This document shows, piece by piece, positions 38,550-50,118 of a DNA stretch of 64,000 bases. Made by a program: the position numbers and the translations under genes. Each line of letters starts with the position of its first letter. Within the stretch, counting starts at the first letter, position 1. The stretch spans positions 704,001 to 768,000 of the forward strand of contig OZ253449.1 of NCBI GenBank assembly GCA_965261345.1. Reading direction: 5' to 3'. The stretch is from Chloroflexota bacterium. Lineage in GTDB: Bacteria > Chloroflexota > UBA11872 > VXNJ01. Under the pieces are notes generated by a model, which was not told the DNA's origin, did not search any database, and was given only the letters and a program-made list of their open reading frames with translations.

Positions 38550-38590
38550 CGGTCGGCGACGACCCCGTCAATCGGCGCTGGCAATTGGCA

Positions 38591-39112
38591 ATGTCAGCTT
38601 CCGCGGTTGAGCGGTCCCTGCGCCGCATGTCCCACGAAATCATTGAGCGCGCCGGCGATCTTCAGCGGCTGGCACTCGTCGGAATATGCACCCGCGGAGC
38701 TCCGTTGGCCGGTCGCATCGCCAAACAAATCGGCATCATCGAGGGCGTATCGCCCGAGGTCGGACAGCTCGACATCACGATGCACCGCGACGACCTGAGT
38801 TTGCGTTCGGACATGCGTGAAATCGCTCCGAGCCAGATCAAATTCGAGCTCGACGGGCTGGAGGTGGTTTTAGTCGACGACGTCATCTTCACCGGACGGT
38901 CGGTGCGGGCCGCCCTAAATGCACTCGGAGCCTACGGCCGGCCGGCCCGCGTGCAGCTTGCAGTCCTGGTCGATCGCGGTCATCGTGAACTGCCGATCCG
39001 GCCTGATTTCGTCGGCAAGAACATTCCCACCCAGCACGGCGATCACGTTCGCGTGCAGATTGAGGAAGTTGACGGACAGGACGCGGTAGGAGTCTCCCGG
39101 ACCGGGCAGTGA
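38591..39112 (+). CDS. pyrR: PyrR regulator / uracil phosphoribosyltransferase
   Basis: SHEIIER, LDITMHRDD, VLVDDVIFTGRSVRAAL, DRGHRELPIRPDFVGKN. Start placed after the attenuator. Confidence 0.95.
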   Translation: MSASAVERSLRRMSHEIIERAGDLQRLALVGICTRGAPLAGRIAKQIGIIEGVSPEVGQLDITMHRDDLSLRSDMREIAPSQIKFELDGLEVVLVDDVIFTGRSVRAALNALGAYGRPARVQLAVLVDRGHRELPIRPDFVGKNIPTQHGDHVRVQIEEVDGQDAVGVSRTGQ

Positions 39113-40050
39113 CTCCTTTTTCCCACCGTCATCTGCTCGATCTGTCAAGCTACAGCGCGGGAGATATCGAACTCCTGCTCGACGCCGCCGAGTCTATGGC
39201 CGAAATCCTCGAACGCAAGGTCCCGCGCGTTCCGGCATTGCGTGGTACCACCGTGGCCAACATGTTCTTTGAGGCCAGCACCCGCACCAAAATCTCCTTT
39301 GAGGTGGCAGAAAAAGCACTGGGCGCCGAGGCAATAAATTTCTCCGCGGCCGGCAGCTCACTTTCGAAGGGCGAATCGCTAGCTGATACGCTGGCCACTA
39401 TCGCCGCCTTGGGGGCCGATATTTTTGTGATGCGTCATGCCCGCGCCGGCGCCCCGCATCTGGCCGCGCGCCTCCTACCGGGGCCGGTCATCAATGCCGG
39501 CGACGGCGCCCACGCACACCCTACTCAGGGCCTGCTCGACGCCCTCACGATCCGGCGACGGCTCGGCCGGATCAAGGGGTTGAAGGTGGTCATTGTCGGC
39601 GACATTCGCCACAGCCGGGTTGCCCGTTCCAACATATTGGCGCTGACCAAGCTGGGGGCCCGCGTGGTTCTCTGCGGGCCGCCTCAATTAGTCCCGATCG
39701 GGCTTGCCCAGGGCAGTCAAGTAATCCTGGAGCCGCGCCTCCGGGAGGCGGTCGCGGGCGCCCACGTGTTGATGGGACTGCGAATCCAGCACGAGCGGAT
39801 GGCGGGTCCCTGGCTGGCCTCGTCGCGCGAGTACGTGACCCAATACGCGATAACGCCCGAGCACATGGAACTGGCCAACCACGAAGCCATTCTCATGCAT
39901 CCGGGCCCGCAAAACACCGGAATTGAAATCGATCCGGCGCTTTCGGAATCGAATCGCTCGGTTATCGCCGACCAGGTGACCGCGGGCCTGGCTGTCCGGA
40001 TGGCGGTCATCTACCTGCTATCCCGCAATCGCGCTGCGCGGTCCCCATGA
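39109..40050 (+). CDS. pyrB: Aspartate carbamoyltransferase catalytic subunit
   Basis: FFEASTRT, SKGES, NAGDG.HAHPTQ, HSRVARSN, MHPGP. Confidence 0.96.
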   Translation: MTPFSHRHLLDLSSYSAGDIELLLDAAESMAEILERKVPRVPALRGTTVANMFFEASTRTKISFEVAEKALGAEAINFSAAGSSLSKGESLADTLATIAALGADIFVMRHARAGAPHLAARLLPGPVINAGDGAHAHPTQGLLDALTIRRRLGRIKGLKVVIVGDIRHSRVARSNILALTKLGARVVLCGPPQLVPIGLAQGSQVILEPRLREAVAGAHVLMGLRIQHERMAGPWLASSREYVTQYAITPEHMELANHEAILMHPGPQNTGIEIDPALSESNRSVIADQVTAGLAVRMAVIYLLSRNRAARSP

Positions 40051-41369
40051 ACGGTCCCGATCAACTGCTGCGCAATGGACGGGTCATCGACCCGGCTGCG
40101 GGACTGGATGCAGTGTGCGACCTTCTCATCCGGGCCGGCCGGGTGGAAGCGGTCGGTGCCAACCTCGGGCGCCCAGACGGGGCGATCGTCTTCGACGCTG
40201 CCGGCCTGGTAATCGCCCCGGGGCTGGTCGACCCGCACTGCCACCTGCGCACGCCGGGCGGGGAGCATAAGGAAACCATTGAATCCGGCGCGGCGGCGGC
40301 GGCGGCCGGAGGTTACACCTCAGTGGTGGCGATGGCTAACACCGACCCGGTGGTAGACAACCCGGCAGTCCTACGCGACATTGACGAACGGGCCCGCTCG
40401 GCTTGTGTAAACATCGCCCAAATCGCCACCATCTCGCAGGGCATGGAGGGTCGGGAGCTGTCCAATATGGGCCAGTTGGTCGCCGCCGGAGCCGTCGGTT
40501 TCTCCGACGATGGGATCCCGGTGGAATCGGCTCGGCTGATGCGGACGGCTTTCGAATACGCCAATCGGTTCGCGCGGCCAGTGGCCAACCACGCTGAGGA
40601 GCCTTCCTTAATTGCCGGGGCGAGCATGCACGAAGGCCGCGTCTCGGCGCGTCTCGGCCTGATCGGAGCGCCCCACCAGGCCGAGGAAATCATGCTGGAG
40701 CGTGACCTGCGCCTGGCGATGCTGACCGGCGGTTGTTACCACGCCCTGCATCTTTCTTCAGGCGGTTCGGTGGAGATCGTCAAACTGGCCAAGCAGCGCG
40801 GTGCCAATGTTGCAGCCGAGGTCTCGCCGCACCATCTAACCCTGACCGACGAGCTGGTAGCTGGAGACGGAGCGTCAACTGGTGCCTACGATAGCCAGGC
40901 CAAGGTCAACCCGCCACTGCGTTCAGCTCGCCATGTCGAGGCCCTTTGCCACGGTCTGAGCGAAGGCGTCTTCGATCTGATCGGCACCGACCACGCCCCC
41001 CACGCCGAGCACGAAAAACAGGTGCCGTTCGAGGAAGCAGCTCCCGGATTCTCAGGTTTTGAGACCGCCCTTTCGGTCATGCTTGGCTTGGTGGCCAAGA
41101 AGGTGATTTCGCTCCCGCGGCTCCTGTCGTTGATGACGACCAATCCGGCCCGCCTCTACCGGTTGCCGGCCGGCTCGCTTACACCCAGCGCCTTCGCCGA
41201 CGTGGTCGCCATCGACCTTGCCAGGGAGTGGACGGTTGACCGCCACTCCCTGATCTCGCGCGGGCACAACACCCCGTTGCATGAGCGGAAATTGCGCGGG
41301 CGGGCGGTCGTGACCTGGGTGGCCGGGCAGGTCGTTTACGACCTCGATCGCAGGATTGCCAGGCCGTGA
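40047..41369 (+). CDS. pyrC: Dihydroorotase
   Basis: PGLVDPHCHLRTPG, FSDDG, KVNPPLR, TDHAPH. Confidence 0.95.
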   Translation: MNGPDQLLRNGRVIDPAAGLDAVCDLLIRAGRVEAVGANLGRPDGAIVFDAAGLVIAPGLVDPHCHLRTPGGEHKETIESGAAAAAAGGYTSVVAMANTDPVVDNPAVLRDIDERARSACVNIAQIATISQGMEGRELSNMGQLVAAGAVGFSDDGIPVESARLMRTAFEYANRFARPVANHAEEPSLIAGASMHEGRVSARLGLIGAPHQAEEIMLERDLRLAMLTGGCYHALHLSSGGSVEIVKLAKQRGANVAAEVSPHHLTLTDELVAGDGASTGAYDSQAKVNPPLRSARHVEALCHGLSEGVFDLIGTDHAPHAEHEKQVPFEEAAPGFSGFETALSVMLGLVAKKVISLPRLLSLMTTNPARLYRLPAGSLTPSAFADVVAIDLAREWTVDRHSLISRGHNTPLHERKLRGRAVVTWVAGQVVYDLDRRIARP

Positions 41370-42553
41370 GGAGTGACCGCCGGGCGGTCCTGAGCCTGGA
41401 GACCGGGGAACATTTCTTCGGGTACAGCCAGGGCGCGCCGACCGAGGCGCAGGGCGAAGTTGTATTTAACACGTCGATGACTGGTTATCAGGAGATCTGC
41501 AGCGACCCCTCCTACCGCGGCGAGATCGTCGTGCTCGCCTACCCATTGATCAACAACTACGGCGCCAACGACCGCGACCCCGAATCGCGACGTCCCTGGC
41601 TTTCAGGCCTAATTGTTAGGCAGCTGGCGCAAAACCCGAGCAATTGGCGCAATCAGCTCCCGTTAGACGAGTACCTGGCCGAATTCGACATACCGGTGCT
41701 CACGGGGATCGACACGCGCCGCTTGATTAGGATCCTGCGCAGCGGCGGCGTCCGCCGCGGGGTGATTTCACGGGTTGCCGGCAGCCTGGCGCCGAGCGAT
41801 TCATTTAGTTGGACCAACGGCCGTGTCGATCTGCCGGAGGGTTATCTGGACGAACTTGCCAAACGGGCACGGACCGTTCCGCGCCTGTCGGCCCAGAACC
41901 TGATCGCCGAGGTCGTCCACCCGAAACAGTTCGAATTCGACCACGATCAATGGGCACCGTGGCCGGCACCGACGACACGCCCGAGCCGACCGCACATCGC
42001 CGTGCTTGACACCGGCGCCAAATCCAACATCGCCCGCAGTCTGACCGCCAGGGGCTGCCGGGTGAGTGTGCTCCCTTACTTCCAGGAGTTTGCGCGGATC
42101 GATTCGCTGTCCCCCGATGGAGTTGTACTGGCCAACGGACCCGGCGACCCACAATCGGCCAGCCAGGCGGTGGCCACCGCGCGCGAGCTGATCGGGCGCT
42201 ATCCGGTGATGGGCATATGTTTGGGGCATCAAATCCTGGGATTGGCCGTCGGAGCCAGTACCTCGCGGCTCAAATTTGGGCATCGCGGCTCCAATCATCC
42301 GGTCAAGGACTTGGCCAGCGGTCGAGTACACATTACCGCGCAAAACCACGGTTTTCAGGTCGATGCCCATTCGATTCCCGCCGCCAGCGGCTTTGTCGTC
42401 TCCCACATAAACCTCAATGACGGTTCGGTGGAGGGGCTTGCCCACCGCGAACTGCCGATCTTCTCGGTTCAGTACCATCCCGAGGCCGCGCCGGGCCCGC
42501 AGGACAATCAACACCTTTTTGACCGGTTTCTGGATTTGGTCGATCGGCGATGA
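41366..42553 (+). CDS. carA: Carbamoyl-phosphate synthase small subunit
   Basis: [33 protein letters not shown]. Confidence 0.96.
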   Translation: MRSDRRAVLSLETGEHFFGYSQGAPTEAQGEVVFNTSMTGYQEICSDPSYRGEIVVLAYPLINNYGANDRDPESRRPWLSGLIVRQLAQNPSNWRNQLPLDEYLAEFDIPVLTGIDTRRLIRILRSGGVRRGVISRVAGSLAPSDSFSWTNGRVDLPEGYLDELAKRARTVPRLSAQNLIAEVVHPKQFEFDHDQWAPWPAPTTRPSRPHIAVLDTGAKSNIARSLTARGCRVSVLPYFQEFARIDSLSPDGVVLANGPGDPQSASQAVATARELIGRYPVMGICLGHQILGLAVGASTSRLKFGHRGSNHPVKDLASGRVHITAQNHGFQVDAHSIPAASGFVVSHINLNDGSVEGLAHRELPIFSVQYHPEAAPGPQDNQHLFDRFLDLVDRR

Positions 42554-45500
42554 AGGACCCCAGCCTCAAGAAGGTTCTAATCATCGGATCCGGTCCAATC
42601 GTGATCGGACAGGCGGCCGAATTTGACTACGCTGGGACCCAGGCGTGCAAGGCGGTCCGCGAAGAGGGCATCACCACCGTATTGATCAATTCCAATCCGG
42701 CCACGATCATGACCGACGACAACATCGCCGACGCGGTTTACATCGAACCGCTGACCGTTGATGTGGTGGAGCGGATAATCGCCCGCGAGCGCCCCGACGG
42801 CCTCCTGCCCACCCTCGGCGGTCAGACCGGTCTGAATCTGGCCCGTGAGGTCGAGGCGGCCGGGATCCTGGAACGCTACTCAGTCCGCATGCTCGGCACG
42901 TCAATCGTGGCAATCCAGAAGGCCGAGGACCGCGAGCTGTTCCGTCAGCTGATGATCGATATTGGCGAGCCGATTCCCGGATCAGATATCGCCCATTCCG
43001 TGGCCGAGGCTAATGTCGTGGCCGATCGGTTGGGCTTCCCAGTGATCGTGCGACCGGCCTACACCCTTGGCGGAACCGGTGGCGGGATCGCCCACTGCCA
43101 CGCTGAATTGCCGCCGTTGGCCGCCAAGGGGATTGCTGCCTCGCCGATCGGCCAGGTCCTGGTCGAGGAGTATCTCTCTGGTTGGAAGGAAATCGAGTAC
43201 GAGGTCATGCGCGACGGGGCCGGCAACTGCGTGACGATCTGCAACATGGAAAACTTCGACCCGATGGGGGTCCACACCGGGGATTCGATCGTTTTTGCCC
43301 CCAGCCAGACCCTTTCCGACAAGGAATACCAGCTGCTGCGCAGCGCCTCGCTCAAGATCATCGACACCCTGCAAATTGCTGGCGGCTGCAATATCCAATT
43401 GGCACTGGACCCGCACTCATTTCAATACCGGGTAATCGAGGTGAACCCCAGGGTTAGCCGGTCCTCAGCTTTGGCATCGAAGGCTACCGGCTATCCGATC
43501 GCGCGCATCGCCGCCAAGATCGCGATCGGATTCAGGCTTGATGAATTGACCAATCCGATCACCGGTGAAACCGCGGCGGCATTCGAGCCAGCGCTCGATT
43601 ACGTCGTGGTCAAGATCCCGCGCTGGCCGTTCGACAAATTTCCGGCCGCCGACCGCTCCTTGGGCACCCAGATGAAGGCTACCGGCGAGGTGATGGCGAT
43701 CGAGCGCAGCATCGAAGCGGCGATTAACAAGGCCATGCGCTCGCTGGAGATTACCGGGCGGTCTGTGATTTGGGAAGATGCCGCCTGGAATGACCCGGAC
43801 GAACTGCGCAACGCCCTGTCCTGGCCGAACGACCAGCGGCTCTGGGCGATCCTGGCCGCACTGCGACGGGGCACGGGCGTGGACGAAGTATGTCAATTGA
43901 CGGCGATTGACCCTTTTTTCGTCGGCAAGCTGGCCAACATCGTGGCGATGGAGGTTCGCCTGCTTGAGGAACCGTTGGACGCCGAACTGCTCTGGGAAGC
44001 CAAGCGCCTCGGATTCCCCGATTCGTTAATCGGTCAACTGGCTGATTTCCTGCCGGCACGAGTAAGGCAACTGCGCAAGGAGCTCGGAATCCTGCCTGTG
44101 TACAAGGTCGTTGACACGTGCGCGGCCGAGTTCGCCGCCGCCACCCCGTATTTCTATTCGACCTACGAGAGCGAGAGCGAGACCGACCGACTGGGCGGGC
44201 CAGCCGCCCTGGTCATAGGTTCGGGGCCGATCCGGATCGGTCAAGGCATCGAATTTGATTACTGCTCGGTGCACGCGGCCTGGGCGTTGCAGCAGAGCGG
44301 CTGGCGGTCGGTAATGATCAACAGCAATCCCGAGACCGTCAGCACCGACTTCGACACCTCCGACCGACTGTACTTCGAGGCCCTTGACGTCGAGTCGGTA
44401 GCCGATGTGATCGATAACGAAACCGATCCGGACGACCCGCGGGTATTAGTCCAGTTTGGAGGCCAAACAGCCATCAACCTGGCCGACCCGCTCTATCGAA
44501 TGGGGGTTACCCTGGGCGGCTCCGACGTGGCCAGCATCGATGCTTCGGAGGACCGTGAAAAACTCGACCGACTGCTAGAGGAACTGGGTATTCCACGGCC
44601 GCCGGGGGCGACCGTGCGGCGGATCAATGACGCCCTGGCGGTCGCCGAGCGGATCGGTTATCCGGTCCTGATCCGGCCATCCTACGTGCTCGGCGGGCGG
44701 GCCATGGAGATCGCATCCGATCCGGCCGGGCTCGAACGCTATATCTCGACGGTGACCCAGCCCTCGCCCGAACACCCGGTCCTAATTGACAAATACCTGC
44801 GGGGCCGTGAAGTGGAAGTTGACGCAATTTGCGACGGCCACGGCGTCCTCATCCCCGGGATCATGGAGCACATCGAACGGGCTGGCGTGCATTCTGGCGA
44901 CAGCTTTGCCGTTTACCCCACCCGCAGCGTGCCGACCGAGCTGATCGAAACACTCTGTCGTTACACCGATTCAATCGCCCGGGCGGTACGGGCGATCGGA
45001 CTGCTAAACATCCAATACGTGATCTGGGAAGACCAGATCTACGTGATCGAAGTCAATCCGCGAGCCAGCCGCACCGTTCCCTTCCTATCAAAGGTCACCG
45101 GGATTCCGATGGTCGAATTGGCCACCAAGGCAATGCTTGGGCAGACCCTGCCGATGCAGGGCAGGGAATATGGCCTGCACCCTACTGGGGATTTGGTGGC
45201 GGTCAAGGCACCGGTTTTTTCGCACGCCAAACTAACCGGCGTTGATACGTTTCTGGGCCCCGAAATGAAATCAACTGGCGAGGTGATGGGGGTTGAATTT
45301 GAATTTGCCCCGGCGCTTAGCAAGGCCATGCTGGCCGCCGGTCTGGGGATTCCTGACCGCGGTTCGGTAATCATGTCAATAGCCGACCGCGACAAACCCG
45401 ACTGCCTGCCGATCGCAACCGGACTGCATCAGCGCGGCTACGACCTGATGGCCACGCGCGGCACCGCCGATTACCTTGCCGCAGCCGGACTTCCGGTCAC

Positions 45501-45771
45501 CACTATAAACCGGATGAGCGAGGTCGCCGCCGGCCAAATGAGTTTGCTCGACCACGTGATGAATCCCGGGACCGTACTGGTTATCAATACCCTGACCTGG
45601 GACCGCCCGACTTTGGAGGACGGGTTTCGAATGCGTCGTTTGGCCAATGAACGCATGGTTCCATGCCTTACTTCGCTGGAAACCGCCGCCGCTCTGGTCA
45701 GCGCCCTGGGATCGGCTGGAGAAGAACTGATCCTGCCGATCGACTGCTATCGCCGCGGCCGGCGTCGTTGA
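42550..45771 (+). CDS. carB: Carbamoyl-phosphate synthase large subunit
   Basis: [15 protein letters not shown], two ATP-grasp halves, [16 protein letters not shown]-terminal MGS domain. Confidence 0.97.
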   Translation: MKDPSLKKVLIIGSGPIVIGQAAEFDYAGTQACKAVREEGITTVLINSNPATIMTDDNIADAVYIEPLTVDVVERIIARERPDGLLPTLGGQTGLNLAREVEAAGILERYSVRMLGTSIVAIQKAEDRELFRQLMIDIGEPIPGSDIAHSVAEANVVADRLGFPVIVRPAYTLGGTGGGIAHCHAELPPLAAKGIAASPIGQVLVEEYLSGWKEIEYEVMRDGAGNCVTICNMENFDPMGVHTGDSIVFAPSQTLSDKEYQLLRSASLKIIDTLQIAGGCNIQLALDPHSFQYRVIEVNPRVSRSSALASKATGYPIARIAAKIAIGFRLDELTNPITGETAAAFEPALDYVVVKIPRWPFDKFPAADRSLGTQMKATGEVMAIERSIEAAINKAMRSLEITGRSVIWEDAAWNDPDELRNALSWPNDQRLWAILAALRRGTGVDEVCQLTAIDPFFVGKLANIVAMEVRLLEEPLDAELLWEAKRLGFPDSLIGQLADFLPARVRQLRKELGILPVYKVVDTCAAEFAAATPYFYSTYESESETDRLGGPAALVIGSGPIRIGQGIEFDYCSVHAAWALQQSGWRSVMINSNPETVSTDFDTSDRLYFEALDVESVADVIDNETDPDDPRVLVQFGGQTAINLADPLYRMGVTLGGSDVASIDASEDREKLDRLLEELGIPRPPGATVRRINDALAVAERIGYPVLIRPSYVLGGRAMEIASDPAGLERYISTVTQPSPEHPVLIDKYLRGREVEVDAICDGHGVLIPGIMEHIERAGVHSGDSFAVYPTRSVPTELIETLCRYTDSIARAVRAIGLLNIQYVIWEDQIYVIEVNPRASRTVPFLSKVTGIPMVELATKAMLGQTLPMQGREYGLHPTGDLVAVKAPVFSHAKLTGVDTFLGPEMKSTGEVMGVEFEFAPALSKAMLAAGLGIPDRGSVIMSIADRDKPDCLPIATGLHQRGYDLMATRGTADYLAAAGLPVTTINRMSEVAAGQMSLLDHVMNPGTVLVINTLTWDRPTLEDGFRMRRLANERMVPCLTSLETAAALVSALGSAGEELILPIDCYRRGRRR

Positions 45772-46571
45772 TGGGTGCTCCGCCGATTTTTGACATCTGC
45801 GCGGTTGTTGCCAACCGTCAGCTATCGGCAACGTTGTGGTGGATCAGCCTGGCGGCGCCGCAGATCGCCGACCAGGCAATACCCGGTCAATTCGTCCACA
45901 TCGCGGGTAGCCCCTTCGACCCATTGCTGCGTCGCCCCTATAGCATTGCCCGGATCGATCACGGCGAGGCCGTGATCGAAATCCTCTATCACGTGGTCGG
46001 GCGCGGATCGGGTTGGCTGGCCGAGCTGGGTCCGGGTGCGACCGTGGACACCCTGGGGCCGCTAGGATCCGGTTTTACGGTGGTTGAACGGGAACATTTG
46101 CTACTAATCGGTGGTGGCATCGGACTCGGCCCGCTGATCGCCCTGGCCCATCAGCATCGCGCCGCTCCGGTCGTGGTGCTAAATGGCGCTCGCAGCAGCG
46201 ACGGGCTCACTCCGTCGGGTTATCTGCCCGAGCGGGCCGAAGTCTTCTACGCTACCGATGACGGTTCGCAGGGAATTTGCGGCAGCGTCGTAGACCTCAT
46301 GCCCGACTGGTACCACTGGGCCGATGCGATTTATGCGTGCGGGCCCAACCCGATGCTACGGGCTTGCGCCCAATCAATCGCCGCGTTTGACCCGGCGCCG
46401 GCCCGTCACCGCAAGCGGACCCAATTTGCCCTGGAGGCGCGGATGGCCTGTGGATTGGGAATCTGCTACAGCTGCGTCGTGACCACGACGCGCGGGCTCC
46501 AGCGGGTCTGCAGCGAGGGACCAGTATTTGACGCCCGCGAATTGACCTGGCAATGGGAATCAGGGATCTAG
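45771..46571 (+). CDS. pyrK: Dihydroorotate dehydrogenase electron transfer subunit
   Basis: LRRPYSI, GGGIGLGP, ACGPNPM, MACGLGICYSC...VCSEGPVF. ATG overlaps the carB stop. Confidence 0.93.
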   Translation: MGAPPIFDICAVVANRQLSATLWWISLAAPQIADQAIPGQFVHIAGSPFDPLLRRPYSIARIDHGEAVIEILYHVVGRGSGWLAELGPGATVDTLGPLGSGFTVVEREHLLLIGGGIGLGPLIALAHQHRAAPVVVLNGARSSDGLTPSGYLPERAEVFYATDDGSQGICGSVVDLMPDWYHWADAIYACGPNPMLRACAQSIAAFDPAPARHRKRTQFALEARMACGLGICYSCVVTTTRGLQRVCSEGPVFDARELTWQWESGI

Positions 46572-46654
46572 GTTGGTGCCCACCACGGCAAGCTCACGAT
46601 CCGTTATTTTGACCACCGCCCGGATAGGGGAGTCCAATCGGAAAGCTTGACCGA

Positions 46655-48751
46655 TCAGATGGTGCCGACGCCAACCTGGGCTGATTGGGCTGGTGCTCCC
46701 GGGGGATTCTCGGCTCCGTTGGGAATCGCAAAGGCCACGACTGCCAGGCACCCGCCAGAGCTGCGCAATGAAAACGTGCCACCCAGATCGGACTCGACCA
46801 ATTGCTGAACGATCGTAAGGCCCAGCCCCGAATCGCGTCCAAGTTCAAATCCCGGCGGCAGACCCCGACCGTTGTCCTTTACCTGTGTCCGCACCAGGGA
46901 TCCAGTCAATCCGATGTCAACTTGGATGTGTCCACCAATCCGCTGGTCAAAGCCGTGGCCCATCGCATTCCAGATCAACTCGTTAACAACTAGCGCAAAC
47001 ACCGTGGCCCGATCCTCGCCGATCTCGACCCGGTCCCCGGCGACGCTAATGTCAACCGTCATGCCGGCGGCGGCGGCATCCGAACTGGCAATCTCGGCCA
47101 TCTTGTTTACGATCTCGATCGCGGTGGGTGAATCCCGCTCGGGCGAGGAGAGCAGGTCGTGTACTGCGGCCATGCCGGCAATGCGTCCCGCCGACAAAGC
47201 CAGAACCTGTGAAGCCTCCGGCGAATGAGCCCGGCGGGACTGGAGATTTAGCAGCGAGGCGACCGTCTGCAGATTGTTTTTTACCCGGTGATGGAGTTCC
47301 CTTAGCAGTAGTTCATTGCGTCGCAGGCCCCGCAGCGACTGCTCGTAGAGCCGGGCGTTGGCGATTGCTATGGCGGCCTGGTCGGCGAAGCTGGCAATGA
47401 TTCGCAGTTCGTCCTCGACGAAATTCCCCACCTTGAGGGAATAGACGCTAATGACGCCGATCACCTCGCCACGGAACATCAACGGTACGCAGATCATCGA
47501 GCGATAACCTTCGGCCCGGATCAGTTCACGCGATACCCAGAAGCGTTTATCAACGAGTGCATCACTGACGATGATCGGTTGGCGCGAGGCCGCAACCCGG
47601 CCGGCCACGCCCTCGCCTGCTTTCATTTTGAGCATCCGGTAATTTGCGCTCAACCGGTGGGCGGCCACGATCGACAGGGTCGCATTTGTACCGTCAAACT
47701 GAAAAATCGCCGCTTTTTCGGCATTAAGGATCGTCGTCGCCTGCTGGGCGATCGTGGCCAGCACCTCGGTGTATTCGAGGCGCGAGGTCAGGTTTTGCGA
47801 TATCTGCTGGAGGGTGGTTAGTTCATCATTGCGCCGGCGCAGTTGGGCATCGGTCTGTTGGTGCAATATCGCGTTCCAGAGCGCGGTAGCTAGCTGCTCG
47901 GCGGCGGTCTCGATGAATTCGATCTCGCCCCGGTGGAAATCGCGATATTGGAGTGACCGGACGGTAAGCACGCCGAGCAGGCGGCCTGGGTTGGCCAAGG
48001 TGATCGGGACCGCCAACATGCTGCGGAAGCGCCCTTCATCCAGGGCCGGCAGAACCTTGAAGCGGGGATCGGCCCAGGCATCCCGGACCGCGATCGGCTG
48101 TCCGCGCTCGGCCGCCGCGCCGGAAATCCCTTCGCCGAGCTGCAGGCCGACCTTTCCGACCTGGTCGGAGTTCAAGCCGGTTGTGGATCGCAGGATCAAC
48201 CGATTGGTGGTTTCGTCGAGCACCCAAATCGAACACTCGTCGATCCCCATTACACCGAACACCGCCTCGGCCGTAAAGTCGCAGGTTTCCATTACGTCGA
48301 GCGACGAGTTTGCCGCCTTCGCAATCCGTCGAAGCGCCTCAAGGCTGCCCAACGCCGGACTGGCATCGCGGACCGGCAGCTCGTTAAATTCGGTGGATCC
48401 GTCTTCGTAACCGGCCGCCAGGGCGCCCAGGACTTCGGTCTGCAGACGCGAAAAACGGCGAATCCGTTCGGCCTGGGCAGACTGTCGGTTGGGCGGCAGT
48501 AATAGCTGGGGTAGGGCCGAATTGAGCCGTTCGGCAGCCAATCGCAACGCCATGACCAGTGATCGCCCGTCGCGGTGGTCGCCCGACGCGCATTCTCGCA
48601 GCATTACATACAGTTCATTTAGGTCGGCGTAGTGCATGCTCAGCTGCAGCATTTCCAACCCGTTCCAGGGGCGCGGCGTACCTTCGCGGTCAGTTATCCA
48701 TTGACATATGCGTTCGAGCGCGCCTCGCGCGGGTAGTTGAGCCCCGTTCAT
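46655..48751 (-). CDS. Soluble sensor histidine kinase: N-terminal helical domain, two GAF domains, HisKA_2 and HATPase
   Basis: Two GAF repeats (GEG(I/V)xG...SM(L/I)xVP), ELHHRVKNNLQ, NELIWNAMGHG, DNGRG, GLGLTIV. Confidence 0.9.
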   Translation of the reverse strand: MNGAQLPARGALERICQWITDREGTPRPWNGLEMLQLSMHYADLNELYVMLRECASGDHRDGRSLVMALRLAAERLNSALPQLLLPPNRQSAQAERIRRFSRLQTEVLGALAAGYEDGSTEFNELPVRDASPALGSLEALRRIAKAANSSLDVMETCDFTAEAVFGVMGIDECSIWVLDETTNRLILRSTTGLNSDQVGKVGLQLGEGISGAAAERGQPIAVRDAWADPRFKVLPALDEGRFRSMLAVPITLANPGRLLGVLTVRSLQYRDFHRGEIEFIETAAEQLATALWNAILHQQTDAQLRRRNDELTTLQQISQNLTSRLEYTEVLATIAQQATTILNAEKAAIFQFDGTNATLSIVAAHRLSANYRMLKMKAGEGVAGRVAASRQPIIVSDALVDKRFWVSRELIRAEGYRSMICVPLMFRGEVIGVISVYSLKVGNFVEDELRIIASFADQAAIAIANARLYEQSLRGLRRNELLLRELHHRVKNNLQTVASLLNLQSRRAHSPEASQVLALSAGRIAGMAAVHDLLSSPERDSPTAIEIVNKMAEIASSDAAAAGMTVDISVAGDRVEIGEDRATVFALVVNELIWNAMGHGFDQRIGGHIQVDIGLTGSLVRTQVKDNGRGLPPGFELGRDSGLGLTIVQQLVESDLGGTFSLRSSGGCLAVVAFAIPNGAENPPGAPAQSAQVGVGTI

Positions 48752-48846
48752 TTACCACTCTGTCCTGGCGGCCCGGAAGTCGGGCACCCGATCACTTGCG
48801 GATTGTTGCCAATTTTCACCCCACCCCGGAACCGGGCGGCGCTTAT

Positions 48847-50118
48847 TTAACGTCTACGGCTTCGTCGCCTGATGAAAGCCGGAATTTCGGGATCGGAATC
48901 GTGCCAGTCGACAACTTCGTCAAAGGCCGATCCGGTCCGCCGACCGGCAACTACTGGATCGGCATCACGCTCAATCTCGGCGCTCAGTTTTTCAAATTGG
49001 CCATGAATCTCATTCAACCGCGAGGGGGTCGCCGACCGTTCGGTCCGATAGGTGCCAGCCGAATCCACGGGAAGCTCCCGCGCCCGATCAGAACCGGTCG
49101 CAATCAGAGTGATTGATAGCCAATCACGGGCGTCGGGGTCAATTGAGGTGCCAAACACTATGTGGGCGTCGGGATCCGACATCTTGCGCACCGAATCGAC
49201 AATGCGGTTGACCTCGTGGATGCTCAGATCCTGGCCGGCGGTGATGTTGATTAGGATGCCGGTTGAGTTTTCGACTGGAGTCTCCAGCAACGGGCTGTCA
49301 AGCGCCATCGCCAAGGCCTTTTCGGCGCGATCGGGACCGGCCCCCGAACCAATTCCGAGCATAGCGGTCCCAGAGTTGTACATCACCTTGCGAACATCGG
49401 CAAAGTCGACGTTGATGAAACCGCAGTTGGTAATGAGGTCGGTGATTCCGCGAATCCCGTTGAGGAGCATCGAATCGGCTACTCGCAGGGCCTCCGCCAT
49501 CGAGGTTGAACGATGTACCAACTCGATCAATTTATCGTTGTTGATAACGACGATCGCATCTACGTTCTGGTACATGCTCTCAATCGCGGACCGAGCGATT
49601 TTCATCCGGTATCCGCCCTCGAAGGCAAAGGGGGTCGTGACCACGGCCACCGTAAGCGCGCCCGCCGCGCGGGCCGCGCGGGCCACGATCGGACCGGCCC
49701 CCGAGCCGGTCCCGCCGCCCATCCCGGCGGTCACAAAGACCATATCGGCGTCGGCAACGGCAGCCTCGATCGCCGGCAAGGATTCGATCGCAGCCTTCTC
49801 ACCCAGGCGCGGATCGGCGCCGGCACCCAGCATCTTGGTGGAGCGCTCGCCGATGACGATTCGGTCCCCGGCCCGCGATTGCTCCAGGTCCTGCGCGTCG
49901 CAATTGACCGCGATGAAGTTAACCCCGCTGACGCCCTCGGCGATCATTCGATCCAGGGCGTTGTTGCCGGCCCCGCCAACTCCAAAGATTTTGATGTCGT
50001 GGACCGCGCTGGACCGCATATTGGGGTTGGCCCCAATTACCGCCGCCACCACATTGGAGTTGCGACTCCGATCGTCTAGGCGGCTTGGGTTGAACGGCGC
50101 ACCGGGTCGGTCAGACAC
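48847..50118 (-). CDS. ftsZ: Cell division protein FtsZ (outside any ftsA/dcw context)
   Basis: GVGGAGNNA, GMGGGTGSG, PFAFEG, T7 loop NVDFAD, LIATG, C-terminal EIPAFIRR. Confidence 0.93.
   Translation of the reverse strand: MSDRPGAPFNPSRLDDRSRNSNVVAAVIGANPNMRSSAVHDIKIFGVGGAGNNALDRMIAEGVSGVNFIAVNCDAQDLEQSRAGDRIVIGERSTKMLGAGADPRLGEKAAIESLPAIEAAVADADMVFVTAGMGGGTGSGAGPIVARAARAAGALTVAVVTTPFAFEGGYRMKIARSAIESMYQNVDAIVVINNDKLIELVHRSTSMAEALRVADSMLLNGIRGITDLITNCGFINVDFADVRKVMYNSGTAMLGIGSGAGPDRAEKALAMALDSPLLETPVENSTGILINITAGQDLSIHEVNRIVDSVRKMSDPDAHIVFGTSIDPDARDWLSITLIATGSDRARELPVDSAGTYRTERSATPSRLNEIHGQFEKLSAEIERDADPVVAGRRTGSAFDEVVDWHDSDPEIPAFIRRRSRRR

Noticed and set aside
38414-38590. Extended pyrR N-terminus in the ORF track
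   Set aside because: It spans the PyrR RNA site and terminator, so it is leader rather than coding sequence.
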